The notes below the pieces were generated by a model that did not search any database, was not told the DNA's origin, and saw only the letters and a program-made list of their open reading frames with translations. Shown here in pieces: positions 40,761-51,059 of a stretch of DNA of 64,000 nt (within the stretch, counting starts at the first letter, position 1; each line of letters opens with the position of its first letter). The position numbers and the translations under genes are program-made. The stretch lies in NCBI GenBank assembly GCA_947475415.1, contig CANJLH010000005.1, positions 78,292-142,291 of the forward strand. The letters run 5' to 3'. Origin of the DNA: Caulobacteraceae bacterium. Its GTDB lineage: Bacteria > Pseudomonadota > Alphaproteobacteria > Caulobacterales > Caulobacteraceae.

Positions 40761-43700
40761 CGCAGCAAATGCCCATCAAACGGCTGCTGATCGCCAACCG
40801 GGGTGAAATCGCCGTGCGGATCATCCGCGCGGCGGCTGAACTTGGGATCGCAACCGTCGCGGTCTACGCAAAGGACGACACGACAAGCCTGCATCGCCAA
40901 CTGGCCGACAGGGCCATCGCCTTGGGGGGCAAGGGCGCGGCGGCCTACCTGGATGGGGAGGCGCTGATCGCGGCGGCAATTGAGTCGGGCTGTGACGCCC
41001 TGCACCCCGGTTACGGCTTCCTGTCTGAGCGCGCCGGGTTCGCGAGGATGTGCGTGGAACAGGGGCTGACATTTGTCGGTCCAGACCCAGGAACGCTTGA
41101 AACTTTCGGCGACAAGACACGGGCGCATGATTTGGCGGCGAGATTGGGTGTCCCACTTCCCCGCGCCACCGTTGGGGCGACCGAAATAGACGAGGTCCGC
41201 GCCTTCCAGGAGGAGGTGGGTGGACGTCCGATCATGCTGAAGGCGCTTAGCGGCGGCGGTGGTCGCGGTATTCGCTTGGTTGGGCCCGGAGACGACATCG
41301 CACAAGCATTCGAACTGTGTGTCCGAGAAGCGGTGAGCGCCTTCGGCGATGGACGGCTCTATGCTGAGGTCGCGATCGAAAACGCCAGACACATAGAAGT
41401 CCAGGTCATCGGCGATGGGCGCAGAGCCGTGGTCCTCGGCGAACGAGAGTGCAGCATTCAGCGCCGCCGCCAGAAATTGATCGAAATCGCCCCACCCCAA
41501 GCGATTTCGGCGTCCGTGCGGGCCCGTCTTTCCGAATCGGCCCTCGCGCTCGCTCAGGCCAGCGGACTGCGCAGTCTCGCCACCTTCGAATTCTTGATGA
41601 CGCGGCGCGGGGAATTGGCGTTCATTGAGGCGAACCCGCGCCTGCAGGTGGAGCACACCGTCACTGAGGCAGTGACCGGGCTCGACCTGGTCCAACTCCA
41701 ACTCCGCATCGCCGGCGGAGAGACGCTGGCTAAGCTGCAACTTTTGGATCGGCCTCCATCACGGGGCTGCGCGATAGAGTTGCGGGTGAATTTAGAGCGC
41801 CTAACCGGCGATGGCGGGCTGGCGGAGGCCGGTGGAACACTGAGCCGGTATGAACCGCCGAGCGGCCCAGGAGTCCGCGTCGATGGGTTCGGCTATGCTG
41901 GCTATGCGGCAAATCCGGCATTTGATTCCATGGTCGCCAAGCTGATTGTGCACACGACGGGCGATTTTGCCGCTTGCGCGGCTAAGGCGGGGCGGGCGGC
42001 GGCGGAATTTCAGATCGAGGGCGCTCCCCACAATCTCGGTTTGTTGCGTGCGATTCTAGAACGGCCCGAGTTTATCACATCGACCGCCACCACCGGGTTC
42101 TTCGACAGGCTCCTGCCGGTTTTGCTTGTGCGGGCGGAAGAGCTCGCGCCATCGCCGGTGGCGCGCTTCGATACATCCGGGAGCGCAGGACGCCCCGCGC
42201 CGCCGACGGGCGAGGTTTCAGTGTTGGCTCCCCTGCGCGGAACATTGGTGAGCCTTGAGGCGGCCGTGGGGGACAATGTGCTGAACGGTCAGACAGTGGT
42301 CGTGATCGAGGCCATGAAGATGCAGCATGAAGTCGCCGCCTCAACCTCGGGCGTTTTGCGGGCTTTCACAAGTAAGGTCGGCGATGTTGTCGATGCCGAC
42401 TGGCCATTGGCTTTCATTGAACCCGGCGAGGCGGGGATCGCTGAGGCCGAAACGGTTGTCGTGGACCTGGACCATATACGCTCCGACCTCGCCGCAGTGA
42501 TCGCCGCCCACGCCCTTACGCAGGACGAAAGCCGGCCCGCAGCCGTGGAAAGGCGCCGTCGAACCGGTCAGCGCACGGCGCGGGAAAACCTGGACGCGGT
42601 TTTCGATCCGGGGACATTCAAGGAATTTGGAGCATTGGCCGTCGCCGCCCAGCGAGGGCGTCGTACTCTTGAAGATCTACAGGCGAACACGCCAGCCGAT
42701 GGAATCATCACCGGGATCGGAGCGGTGAATAGCGAGATGTTCTCGGAAGACCAGGCCCGATGCGTGGGTCTGTTCTACGACTTTACGGTGCTTGCGGGAA
42801 CTCAGGGTCACTTCAGCCATAAGAAAACCGACCGGGTGCTGGAGCTGGCCGAGGCGTGGCGCGCGCCGGTGATCTGGTTCACTGAGGGCGGCGGCGGCCG
42901 ACCAGGTGACGTAGATCTTGACCTTCTGTGGGCCGCCCGGCTCGACACCACAAGCTTCACGACCTTTGCGAGAATGTCGGGCGTCGCGCCACGTATCGCC
43001 GTGAATTCTGGTCGCTGCTTCGCCGGGAATGCGGTGTTCTTTGGGTGCGCTGACATCACCATCGCCACCCAAGATTCGAATATTGGCCTGGGCGGTCCCG
43101 CCATGATCGAAGGTGGCGGTCTGGGAGTCTTCAGCCCAGAGGACATCGGTCCCGCGCAGGATCTCTACGCTAACGGCGTGATCGACCTGCTGGTCGAGGA
43201 CGAAGGGCAGGGCGCCGCAGCCGCCCGACAGGTGCTTAGCTATTTTCAGGGGACGGCGCCGAAATGGGGCTGCGACGATCAGCGTCTGCTGCGCCGCATG
43301 ATCCCGGAAAATCGTCTACGTACTTACGATGTCCGCGCCGTAATACGCACGCTTGCGGACAATGAGTCCTGGATGGAGCTCCGTGGTGGGTATGGTCCCG
43401 GCCTGATCACCGGATTTTTGCGTGTCGAAGGCCGGCCGCTCGGCGTCATCGCCAACGATCCTGTGATCCTTGGCGGCGCGATTGATGCGGCGGGCGCCGA
43501 GAAGGGCGGGCGGTTCCTGCAACTCTGCGATGCCTATGACGTGCCGGTGCTGTCGCTATGCGACACGCCAGGATTCATGGTCGGGCCGGAGTCGGAGCGC
43601 ACTGCGGCTGTCCGACGCGGATCACGCCTGTTCGTGACAGCTGCCACACTCTCGGTCCCGTTTTTCACCGTGGTGCTGCGCAAGGGCTATGGCCTGGGCG

Positions 43701-44038
43701 CCCAGGCCATGGCAGCGGGCGACTTCTCGGCCAGCGCCTTTACCGTGGCGTGGCCATCGGCGGAATTCGGGCCGATGGGCCTGGAGGGCGCTGTGCGTTT
43801 GGGGTACCGCAAAGAACTTGACGCCGAAGAAGACTTGTCGGTGAGGCAGGCGCTTTACGAAAGGTTGCTGGCCCGAATGTACGAGTCCGGAAAGGCTACC
43901 TCAGTTGCCCGTGCGTTGGAGATCGATGCGGTCATAGACCCCTCCGAAACCCGGGCATGGCTGCTGACAGGACTGAAAACCGCCGCATCGCATCCGCGCG
44001 ATCCGGGCAAACGTCGTCCCTTCGTAGACGTCTGGTAA
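40757..44038 (+). CDS. Single-chain multi-domain biotin-dependent acyl-CoA carboxylase (BC-BCCP-CT; LCC-type)
   Basis: The N-terminus is a biotin carboxylase (KRLLIANRGEIAVRIIRAA, ATP-grasp). The middle carries a biotinyl domain with EAMKMQHEV, whose biotin Lys codon sits at 42317-42319 (about residue 521). The C-terminus is an AccD/PccB-type carboxyltransferase with both subdomains. Confidence 0.85.
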   Translation: MTQQMPIKRLLIANRGEIAVRIIRAAAELGIATVAVYAKDDTTSLHRQLADRAIALGGKGAAAYLDGEALIAAAIESGCDALHPGYGFLSERAGFARMCVEQGLTFVGPDPGTLETFGDKTRAHDLAARLGVPLPRATVGATEIDEVRAFQEEVGGRPIMLKALSGGGGRGIRLVGPGDDIAQAFELCVREAVSAFGDGRLYAEVAIENARHIEVQVIGDGRRAVVLGERECSIQRRRQKLIEIAPPQAISASVRARLSESALALAQASGLRSLATFEFLMTRRGELAFIEANPRLQVEHTVTEAVTGLDLVQLQLRIAGGETLAKLQLLDRPPSRGCAIELRVNLERLTGDGGLAEAGGTLSRYEPPSGPGVRVDGFGYAGYAANPAFDSMVAKLIVHTTGDFAACAAKAGRAAAEFQIEGAPHNLGLLRAILERPEFITSTATTGFFDRLLPVLLVRAEELAPSPVARFDTSGSAGRPAPPTGEVSVLAPLRGTLVSLEAAVGDNVLNGQTVVVIEAMKMQHEVAASTSGVLRAFTSKVGDVVDADWPLAFIEPGEAGIAEAETVVVDLDHIRSDLAAVIAAHALTQDESRPAAVERRRRTGQRTARENLDAVFDPGTFKEFGALAVAAQRGRRTLEDLQANTPADGIITGIGAVNSEMFSEDQARCVGLFYDFTVLAGTQGHFSHKKTDRVLELAEAWRAPVIWFTEGGGGRPGDVDLDLLWAARLDTTSFTTFARMSGVAPRIAVNSGRCFAGNAVFFGCADITIATQDSNIGLGGPAMIEGGGLGVFSPEDIGPAQDLYANGVIDLLVEDEGQGAAAARQVLSYFQGTAPKWGCDDQRLLRRMIPENRLRTYDVRAVIRTLADNESWMELRGGYGPGLITGFLRVEGRPLGVIANDPVILGGAIDAAGAEKGGRFLQLCDAYDVPVLSLCDTPGFMVGPESERTAAVRRGSRLFVTAATLSVPFFTVVLRKGYGLGAQAMAAGDFSASAFTVAWPSAEFGPMGLEGAVRLGYRKELDAEEDLSVRQALYERLLARMYESGKATSVARALEIDAVIDPSETRAWLLTGLKTAASHPRDPGKRRPFVDVW

Positions 44039-44047
44039 CCTGGGCGT

Positions 44048-45442
44048 TCAACTCACCGGCGGTCGGCTGGTAAGCGGGTTGGCCTTCATGAAGGCGGCCG
44101 CGGCCCGCAGGATCTTCGGTTCGTCATTCGGTCGACCAATGATCTGCAAACCTATGGGTAGACCATTGATGAATCCGCATGGAACCGACACAGCTGGCCA
44201 ACCCAACCAATTGAACATGTGAGTGTCGGACGTATAGGTCGGCGCAAAGGTTCCATGGGGATAGTTGGCCCCGTCGCGGTTCCAGGCCGCGTCCCAGCCT
44301 TCGACCGTGAAGGCGGTGAACTGGATCGTCGGACTTAGCAGCAAGTCGTACTTCGCAAGCAGTTGTTCGAAATGGGCGTAGTTGCGCGCCCGAGTTTCGA
44401 AAGCCTGTTCGATCTGCTCCGGCGTGGGCTTTGGCGTGCCGGGGGGCGGGGTGACATTGAGGTAGACTAGATTGGTCGTGAAGTAGCCTGACCAGAAATC
44501 CTCCCAGACATCCTGCACCGGTTCGACCGTTGCACCCTGACCGCCGAGGGAAAGGGCCGCCGCGCGAACTGCGTCAACCAAACGTGGCGTTTCATCAAGC
44601 GCGTACATAGAGGCGAAACCAAAGTCGTCAGTCCATGCCAGCCTCATGCCTTCGACCCCGCGGTCGAGATCTTTGAGGTAATCGGGCGCGGACTCCTGAA
44701 TACAAATGAAGTCGCGGCCGTCAGCTCCGGCCATAACCTGCATCGCCACCGCCGCGTCGCGAACGTCGCGTGTGATCGGCCCAAATGTCACCGTGGTCAT
44801 CAACATTGGAGAGTCATAGTTCACGTAGGGAATTCGCCCGCGGGTCGGATGGTAACCGATCACACCGGAGAGGGCGGCTGGGAGCCGAGTCGATCCGCCC
44901 CCGTCTGAACCAATAGTCATAGGAAGCATCGCCGCCGCCGTCGCCGCGGCGCCTCCCGCGCTGGAGGAGCCAGGAACCCTCGTTTCATCCCAGGGGTTGC
45001 GCGGATGGTTCGCCAGATTGCTGGCCATGCCGACGCGGATCGCCGGAGCATAATCGCCCATTCCCGGCATAGTGTTGGAGCCGACGACGATCGCGCCGGC
45101 CCTTCGAAGTCGCTCGGTGGAAATATCATCATGGCGCGCCACGGATGGCCCACCAGCGCCAAAGGCGACGGTGGGGAAGCCTTTGACCGGGATATGTTCC
45201 TTTAGGGAAATCGGTATTCCATGCAGAGGCCCCAACGGCTCACCACTACGATGAGCCTGATCGGCCCGCTTCGCTTGGTCACGCGCACCAGAGGCATCGA
45301 GGTGTTTGAACGCGTGCAGGCGCGGCTCCAGGGCTTCAATTCGTCCCAGGAAATGCTCCGTTACCTCGAGGGCGGACACCTCAGACTGACCGATAAGTTC
45401 GCGGATGCGCCAAGCCGGCATCCAGGTCAGTTCGTCAGACAT
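44048..45442 (-). CDS. Amidase (amidase-signature family)
   Basis: Start MSDELTWMPAWRIREL. GGSSAGGAAATAA lies in the amidase-signature region, with a Ser-cisSer-Lys catalytic context. Confidence 0.85.
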   Translation of the reverse strand: MSDELTWMPAWRIRELIGQSEVSALEVTEHFLGRIEALEPRLHAFKHLDASGARDQAKRADQAHRSGEPLGPLHGIPISLKEHIPVKGFPTVAFGAGGPSVARHDDISTERLRRAGAIVVGSNTMPGMGDYAPAIRVGMASNLANHPRNPWDETRVPGSSSAGGAAATAAAMLPMTIGSDGGGSTRLPAALSGVIGYHPTRGRIPYVNYDSPMLMTTVTFGPITRDVRDAAVAMQVMAGADGRDFICIQESAPDYLKDLDRGVEGMRLAWTDDFGFASMYALDETPRLVDAVRAAALSLGGQGATVEPVQDVWEDFWSGYFTTNLVYLNVTPPPGTPKPTPEQIEQAFETRARNYAHFEQLLAKYDLLLSPTIQFTAFTVEGWDAAWNRDGANYPHGTFAPTYTSDTHMFNWLGWPAVSVPCGFINGLPIGLQIIGRPNDEPKILRAAAAFMKANPLTSRPPVS

Positions 45443-45530
45443 TCGATTTCCTCCATCCACGTCCTGATCCTGCCAACCAAAGTGTGCAGGATTGTTGCAA
45501 ATCCAGTGGCGTCGGTTTTGGTCGCCCGAA

Positions 45531-46481
45531 CTAATTCTTTGCGCCGAATGCCCCCAATTTTTCCTGGCCGGCGAAGTGGGCTGCAGAGTCGGCGTCAATC
45601 CGGGCGAGTTCTTCCGGTGTCAGGATCAGTTCCGCAGCCTGGATCGAATCCAGAATGGTTTCCGGCCGCCTCGCCGATGGGATCGGTATGACGCTGGTCC
45701 CCTGATGTAGGCACCAAGCTATGGCGACCTGTTGCGGGGAAACGCCGCGGTCCTTGCCGATAGCGGCCAGGGATGGATGTGTCAGCCCGAAGCCAGGTGC
45801 GCCTTGCTGCCCACCGACAGGGCGATAAGCGAAGAACGCGATGTCGTCGGCCTCGCAGATTTTCGCCAAGGGATAGGCCGCCAGGCGGCCGGGGGCGAGT
45901 TCATGTTCGATGGCGTGAATTTGGGTCATGGCGCGGGCCTTGGCGACCTGACTGCGCCCGACGTTGGAGAGGCCAATCATGCCAATTTTGCCCTCCGCCT
46001 GAAGCTCCATTAGCGTTCCGACAGCCTCTTCGAACGGCACCGCCGGGTCCGGGGCATGAAGCACGTAGATCGCCAGTTGTTCGACGCCGAGGGACTTTAA
46101 GCTCGTCTCGCAGGACCAACGCAGGTTGGCTCTGGAATTGTCGCGAACGGCGGCCTCTTCGACGGTGCGCCGGCAACCGCCCTTGGCGACCACCAGAATA
46201 TCGTTTCGGTCGCCTGACCAGGTGTTGAGCGCCTTGGCCACCAACGCTTCGTTTTGACCCATCAATTCCGGCGCGACGACATAATTGATCGCCGTGTCGA
46301 TCAAGTTCACGCCGGCGTCCAGGGCGGCGTGAATGGTGCGTATGGCCTGAACCTCCGGGATCGGGTCCTCATGCACGCCTGGCGGAGCGTGCGGGAGGGT
46401 CATCAACATCGCGCCGAGGCCGACAGGATAAACCTTACGGTCGCCGACCTTGCGATTTCGCGTCGAATTTCTCGTGGGCAT
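45531..46481 (-). CDS. Aldo/keto reductase
   Basis: VGLGAM and other AKR-fold motifs; 316 aa. Confidence 0.8.
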   Translation of the reverse strand: MPTRNSTRNRKVGDRKVYPVGLGAMLMTLPHAPPGVHEDPIPEVQAIRTIHAALDAGVNLIDTAINYVVAPELMGQNEALVAKALNTWSGDRNDILVVAKGGCRRTVEEAAVRDNSRANLRWSCETSLKSLGVEQLAIYVLHAPDPAVPFEEAVGTLMELQAEGKIGMIGLSNVGRSQVAKARAMTQIHAIEHELAPGRLAAYPLAKICEADDIAFFAYRPVGGQQGAPGFGLTHPSLAAIGKDRGVSPQQVAIAWCLHQGTSVIPIPSARRPETILDSIQAAELILTPEELARIDADSAAHFAGQEKLGAFGAKN

Positions 46482-46563
46482 GGGCCGTCACCTCGAAAGC
46501 GTTCACGGACCGATGCGAACCCTGACGAGGTGCTAAGTCAAGCGGCCGCCTGGCGCGCGCCGA

Positions 46564-48030
46564 TTATTCGGCCACGGCGCGGGCCGCGAGTTTGAGCGCC
46601 CGATCCGCAGATGAGCGGCTCGTCTGTTGCTTCGGCATGCGGTTCCAGGCGTCCAGGGCCGCTACCTTGTAAGCCTCAGCAAGGGTTGGATAATTGAATG
46701 TATTCTCGACGAAATAGTCCAGCGTGCCTTCCAGGTTCAACACTGCCTGGCCGATATGGATCAGCTCGGTGGCGCCTTCGCCGACAATGTGCACGCCGAG
46801 CAGTCGCCTGGTCTCAAGGGCGAAGATCATTTTCATGAACCCGGAATCGAGACCCATGATGTGTCCGCGAGAGGTTTCCCGGAAGCGCGCGACGCCGCAC
46901 TCGTAGGGAATGCGCTTCTCGCGGGCCTCCTCTTCGGTCATGCCAATCGTGGAAATTTCCGGGACCGAATAGATGCCATAGGGAAAGAATTCCGGTGGCT
47001 TATGCGCAGGCGCGCCAAACGCATGGCAGGCGGCGATCCGGCCCTGCTCCATGGATGTGGAGGCAAGACTGGGGAAGCCCACGATATCACCGGCCGCGTA
47101 AATATGCGCAACGTCGGTCTGAAAGGTTGCCCTGTCGACATTCAACCGCCCGCGCTCGTCTGGCGTCAAGCCGCAGGCCGCCAATCCCAATTTGTGAACC
47201 GCGCCCTCACGCCCGGCCGAGAATAGCACCATGTCGCAATGCAACTGGCGACCGTCCGACAATCTCACCAGGCATTCTTCGGGCGCGAGCGCTTCGGCCG
47301 CCTCGGCCTTGCATCCAAAACGCATTGAGACGCCGCGGTCGCGCAGATCGTGCATGAACTCATCGGTGAGTTCACGGTCAACGAATGGCAACAACCGTTC
47401 ATTGGGCTCGATGATCGTCACCCGAACATCGAGAGCGGAAAAAATCGAGGCGTATTCGACACCAATGACGCTGGCGCCCACGACCACCAGGTGGCGAGGC
47501 AGACGATTGATCTCCAGAATTTCATCGGAATCCAGAATGTTCTCGCCATCAAACCCGATATGCCCCGGGCGATAGGGCCTGGTGCCGACCGCGATCAAGA
47601 ACTTATCCGCGGTAAAAGTCGCCGTGCCGGCCTCGCCAGTGATGGCGACGGTGTGGGGGTCAAGGAAACAGGCGGATCCGAGAATTGTTTCGACACCATT
47701 TCGCGCGAACTGGTGCTCAAGCACCTCGACCTCGTGTTGCAGGGTGATGTGCAACCGCTTCAGCAGATCACCGGCGGTGATCTGCTGCTTGGCCCGATAG
47801 GCGCGGCCGTAGAATCCGCGTTCACGCCAACCGGAAAGATTGAGGACGGTCTCGCGTAGAGTTTTGGAAGGAATTGTGCCGGTGTGAACCGACACACCAC
47901 CAACACGGCGTCCCCGTTCGACTACCAGCGTACGCTTGTGCAGCTTGGCCGCCTGGATCGCGGCGCGCCGGCCCGCCGGCCCGCTTCCGATCACAATCAG
48001 GTCGTAATGGGTGTCAGGTAGATCGGTCAC
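46564..48030 (-). CDS. sthA: Soluble pyridine nucleotide transhydrogenase (SthA/UdhA-like)
   Basis: YDLIVIGSGPAGRRAA and TIPSKTLRE. The C-terminus is a flavoprotein disulfide reductase fold. The start is uncertain: there is no ATG, so a GTG/TTG near 48020-48030 is likely, and the ORF track extends to 48129. Confidence 0.75.
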   Translation of the reverse strand: MTDLPDTHYDLIVIGSGPAGRRAAIQAAKLHKRTLVVERGRRVGGVSVHTGTIPSKTLRETVLNLSGWRERGFYGRAYRAKQQITAGDLLKRLHITLQHEVEVLEHQFARNGVETILGSACFLDPHTVAITGEAGTATFTADKFLIAVGTRPYRPGHIGFDGENILDSDEILEINRLPRHLVVVGASVIGVEYASIFSALDVRVTIIEPNERLLPFVDRELTDEFMHDLRDRGVSMRFGCKAEAAEALAPEECLVRLSDGRQLHCDMVLFSAGREGAVHKLGLAACGLTPDERGRLNVDRATFQTDVAHIYAAGDIVGFPSLASTSMEQGRIAACHAFGAPAHKPPEFFPYGIYSVPEISTIGMTEEEAREKRIPYECGVARFRETSRGHIMGLDSGFMKMIFALETRRLLGVHIVGEGATELIHIGQAVLNLEGTLDYFVENTFNYPTLAEAYKVAALDAWNRMPKQQTSRSSADRALKLAARAVAE

Positions 48031-48163
48031 GCTTCGTCCCCCACCTTCTGTGGCATGGTGAACATACGGCCCACGCGTTACAGAAAGATAATTGCCCGGC
48101 GCAACTCCGCTCGGGTGAGCGGCCCGCACCTGACACCTAATACCTTATGCCGGGAAGTGCGTC

Positions 48164-48655
48164 TTGAAGACCTTACTCATTGTCTTTCACTCCCGCACCG
48201 GCGGCGCACAACAGATGGCGCAGGCTGCGGCCCGGGGCGCGGGCGGGGAACTGGACGTTCGGACCAACCTCGTCACGGCGCAATTGGCGCGACCCCATGA
48301 TATCCTGGACGCTGACGGGGTGATCTATGCCTGCCCGGAAAATCTCGCCGCAATGTCCGGCGAGATGAAGGCGTTCTTCGATGGCTGCTATTATCCGCTG
48401 CTGGATCGCGTGGCTGGCAAGCCATACGCTCTGATGGTCTGCGCCGGAAGCGACGGGGAGGGCGCTGTGCGGCAAATGCAACGGATCATAACCGGTTGGC
48501 GAATGCGGGCGGTGGCCGAGCCGGTGATCGTCATCACCGGTGCGCAGACACCAGAGGCGATCTTGGCGGCTAAAACTCTCACGCCAGAGCAACTTGAACC
48601 TTGCGAGGCCCTGGGCGCGGCCTTCACCGCCGGGATTTCGCTGGGCGTGTTCTAG
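48164..48655 (+). CDS. Flavodoxin-like fold NAD(P)H-dependent FMN reductase family protein
   Basis: KTLLIVFHSRTGGAQQMAQ is typical of the flavodoxin-like N-terminus. Confidence 0.6.
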   Translation: MKTLLIVFHSRTGGAQQMAQAAARGAGGELDVRTNLVTAQLARPHDILDADGVIYACPENLAAMSGEMKAFFDGCYYPLLDRVAGKPYALMVCAGSDGEGAVRQMQRIITGWRMRAVAEPVIVITGAQTPEAILAAKTLTPEQLEPCEALGAAFTAGISLGVF

Positions 48656-49320
48656 CCGCCGGCTGCCGCAGCGGGGAGAACCCGGGCTAGAAACTTCGTC
48701 GCCGCGCGGGTCCCGCCGATATCAATGCTGTGGCCGAGTCCTGGCGACAGGTGGGTGGTTAGGTCAAAGCCCAGCGGCGCCAACGCTGTGCGCGCCTCCT
48801 CGAGGCGAGAGGGAGGCACCACGGTGTCGGCGGCGCCGTGCACCAAAAGGACTGGCGGCTTCGAACGGATGTGTGCGCCGAGGCTGTCGGGGTCGGACAG
48901 CATGCCGGAAAACCCAATTACGCCAGCGATAGCGCGTTCACGCCCCAAGGCGACGTGCAGCGCCGCTGTGGTTCCCTGGCTGAATCCCACCAGGACCAGT
49001 TGGCTTTCGGAAAGGCCATGGGTCTGCAACTGAGCGTCAATGAATTCGTCAATGATGGGGCGAGCGATTCTTAGCCGCTCAGCCCGATTCACGGTCCCTC
49101 TGGCGGCCGACCACCACTGGAATGTGCCGGGTGGTTCCCGAGCCGGTTCAGGCCCATTTGGCGCCAGGAAGGCGGCGCCTGGCGCGCCGGTCTTCCAGAT
49201 CGACGCGAGTTGGATCAGGTCGTCGCCCTTTGAGGCATAGCCATGCAAAAGAATGACCAGCGCACGGGCGCGCGCGCCCGAAGCCGGCGCCACGATTGGT
49301 CCCGCAATCAGCGCCGCCAA
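48652..49320 (-). CDS. Alpha/beta-hydrolase, phospholipase/carboxylesterase family
   Basis: ILLHGYASKGDDL and GFSQG (nucleophile elbow GxSxG). Confidence 0.75.
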   Translation of the reverse strand: MAALIAGPIVAPASGARARALVILLHGYASKGDDLIQLASIWKTGAPGAAFLAPNGPEPAREPPGTFQWWSAARGTVNRAERLRIARPIIDEFIDAQLQTHGLSESQLVLVGFSQGTTAALHVALGRERAIAGVIGFSGMLSDPDSLGAHIRSKPPVLLVHGAADTVVPPSRLEEARTALAPLGFDLTTHLSPGLGHSIDIGGTRAATKFLARVLPAAAAGG

Positions 49321-49321
49321 C

Positions 49322-49954
49322 TCACGTTGTGCGCCGGGCGCTGACTATCGGCACTGGCGCCTTCAACATCTGCCCCTTCATGGACCCGACACCTGCTGTC
49401 GCAAATGTGGGGAGCTTATGGATCGCATGGACCACATCCATGCCCTCGATCACCTGGCCAAACGCAGCGAAGCCGGCGTTGTCGCCCTTGGCCTTAGGGG
49501 CGGCGTCCAGATAGGAAGACTCGCCGATACAGATGAAGAAGTCCGAGGTGGCCGTACCCGGCGCCCAACGGGCGATGGAAACAGTTCCATCGGCGTGCTT
49601 GAGCCCGGTCTTGAGCGTGCTCTCATGGGCGATCGGCCGAAGTAGTTTCTTGGGGTCGTTCTGCAACCCGCCTTGAATCAATCCGATCTCGGGCGCGCCT
49701 GGCGCCGAAGACGCCCGGTAGATGGTGGCGCCATCATATCGGCGCGTGTCGACATACCGTAGGAAATTGGCCGATGTGATGGGCGCCTTGTCCGCGTAGA
49801 GTTCTATGACGATGAGACCCTTGCCCGTGACCAGCTTGACGCGCACGGGCTTTGCCTGGGCTCGGGCGCTGACCGCGCCAAATGCGCACGCGGCGGTCAA
49901 TACGTCACGGCGTCTCATCGTTTCAGCCCGGGCAGGTTCGGCGTTGTTGCTCAT
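49322..49954 (-). CDS. Cyclophilin-type peptidyl-prolyl cis-trans isomerase (periplasmic)
   Basis: Signal peptide, then VIELYADKAPITSANFLRYV...GTVSIARW. Confidence 0.85.
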   Translation of the reverse strand: MSNNAEPARAETMRRRDVLTAACAFGAVSARAQAKPVRVKLVTGKGLIVIELYADKAPITSANFLRYVDTRRYDGATIYRASSAPGAPEIGLIQGGLQNDPKKLLRPIAHESTLKTGLKHADGTVSIARWAPGTATSDFFICIGESSYLDAAPKAKGDNAGFAAFGQVIEGMDVVHAIHKLPTFATAGVGSMKGQMLKAPVPIVSARRTT

Positions 49955-51045
49955 TCGGTCTTATGCGCCAACCCGCTGAAAAGTTCATCATAGCTGCGGA
50001 CCATCCGATGCAAGGCGTAGGTGTCACGTTGGCGGGTTCGATTGGCCTGTCCGATCCGCTCACGCAACGGCGCGTCGGACAGCACGCGGCCAAGCGCTTC
50101 CGACAAAGCCGAGTCGGTCAGCGGGGTGATGAATGGACGATTTTCCTCGCAAACCATGTCGGCGACATCCCCGACATCAGTGGAGACCACGGTGAGGCCA
50201 GCGTCCATGGCCTCCATCACCACCAACGGCATTTGTTCGGTGTCGCTGGAAAGCGCCAGCACATCGCACTGCATGACGAGATCGCGCGCATCGGTGCGCT
50301 GGCCAAGCAGGTGGACCTTACCCGCCAGTCCCAGCCGCTCGATTTCTGCTTCCGTGGGCGCTCGCTCGGTTCCGTCACCGATGATCAATAGGACCGCCTT
50401 TTCGCGGTGTGGCGCAAATGCGCGCAGCATCCGCGGCAAGTTCTTTTCAACTCGCAGGCCGCCAACCCAGACCACTCGAGGCAGATCCGGCGGCAGGTTC
50501 AGGCCCAGATCTTCAATGGAAGAGTCGAATTTATCCTGCGCAGCCATGCCGTTAGGAATGTGCCGCACATGCTTTGGATTGAGCCGCCAGACCCTGGTGG
50601 CGATGTCCGCCAGTGTCCGAGACGGCGCGACAACCTGACTCCCGCTCAGAACCAGCCTACGAGTCCAGACCCGGCGCGAAATTTGGCGTTCAGCCTCCTG
50701 CGGTCCAAAGCCGTCCTCATGATGCGCGTGACCAACGCCGCCCAGGTTCGCAATCGCCCATTCGATCGCCCCCCAGTTGTAGGTCGCAAGGACATCCGGC
50801 GCTGAGACTTCGATGACCCGGCGGTAACGAAGCAGCCGGGCGCCAAGCGAGCCGGAATTGTCTAAAGCGCCGAAAAGGGTGTGTTTGACACTACTCGGGA
50901 TCATTTCCGCGGCAGCGTAGTTCCCCCCTATGGACACGATTGTATGGTGATAACGGGCGCCCAGTTCGGCCATCAGGATTACAGAACGCAATTGCGCCCC
51001 GCCAAACGCGAACTGCGGAAAGACATGCAGGATATGCAAGGGCAA
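49951..51045 (-). CDS. Glycosyltransferase family 4 (GT-B fold)
   Basis: HILHVFPQFAFGGAQL N-terminal domain; C-terminal EGFG/E-x7-E-type region. Confidence 0.8.
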   Translation of the reverse strand: MPLHILHVFPQFAFGGAQLRSVILMAELGARYHHTIVSIGGNYAAAEMIPSSVKHTLFGALDNSGSLGARLLRYRRVIEVSAPDVLATYNWGAIEWAIANLGGVGHAHHEDGFGPQEAERQISRRVWTRRLVLSGSQVVAPSRTLADIATRVWRLNPKHVRHIPNGMAAQDKFDSSIEDLGLNLPPDLPRVVWVGGLRVEKNLPRMLRAFAPHREKAVLLIIGDGTERAPTEAEIERLGLAGKVHLLGQRTDARDLVMQCDVLALSSDTEQMPLVVMEAMDAGLTVVSTDVGDVADMVCEENRPFITPLTDSALSEALGRVLSDAPLRERIGQANRTRQRDTYALHRMVRSYDELFSGLAHKTE

Positions 51046-51059
51046 GTGCGACCGCGTCC

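Noticed and set aside
40757-44038. Considered pyruvate carboxylase or urea carboxylase for the 1093-aa biotin enzyme
   Set aside because: Pyruvate carboxylase has BC-CT(TIM barrel)-BCCP with the biotinyl Lys at the extreme C-terminus. Here the AMKM biotinylation motif is mid-protein and the C-terminal half is an AccD/PccB-type acyl-CoA carboxyltransferase.
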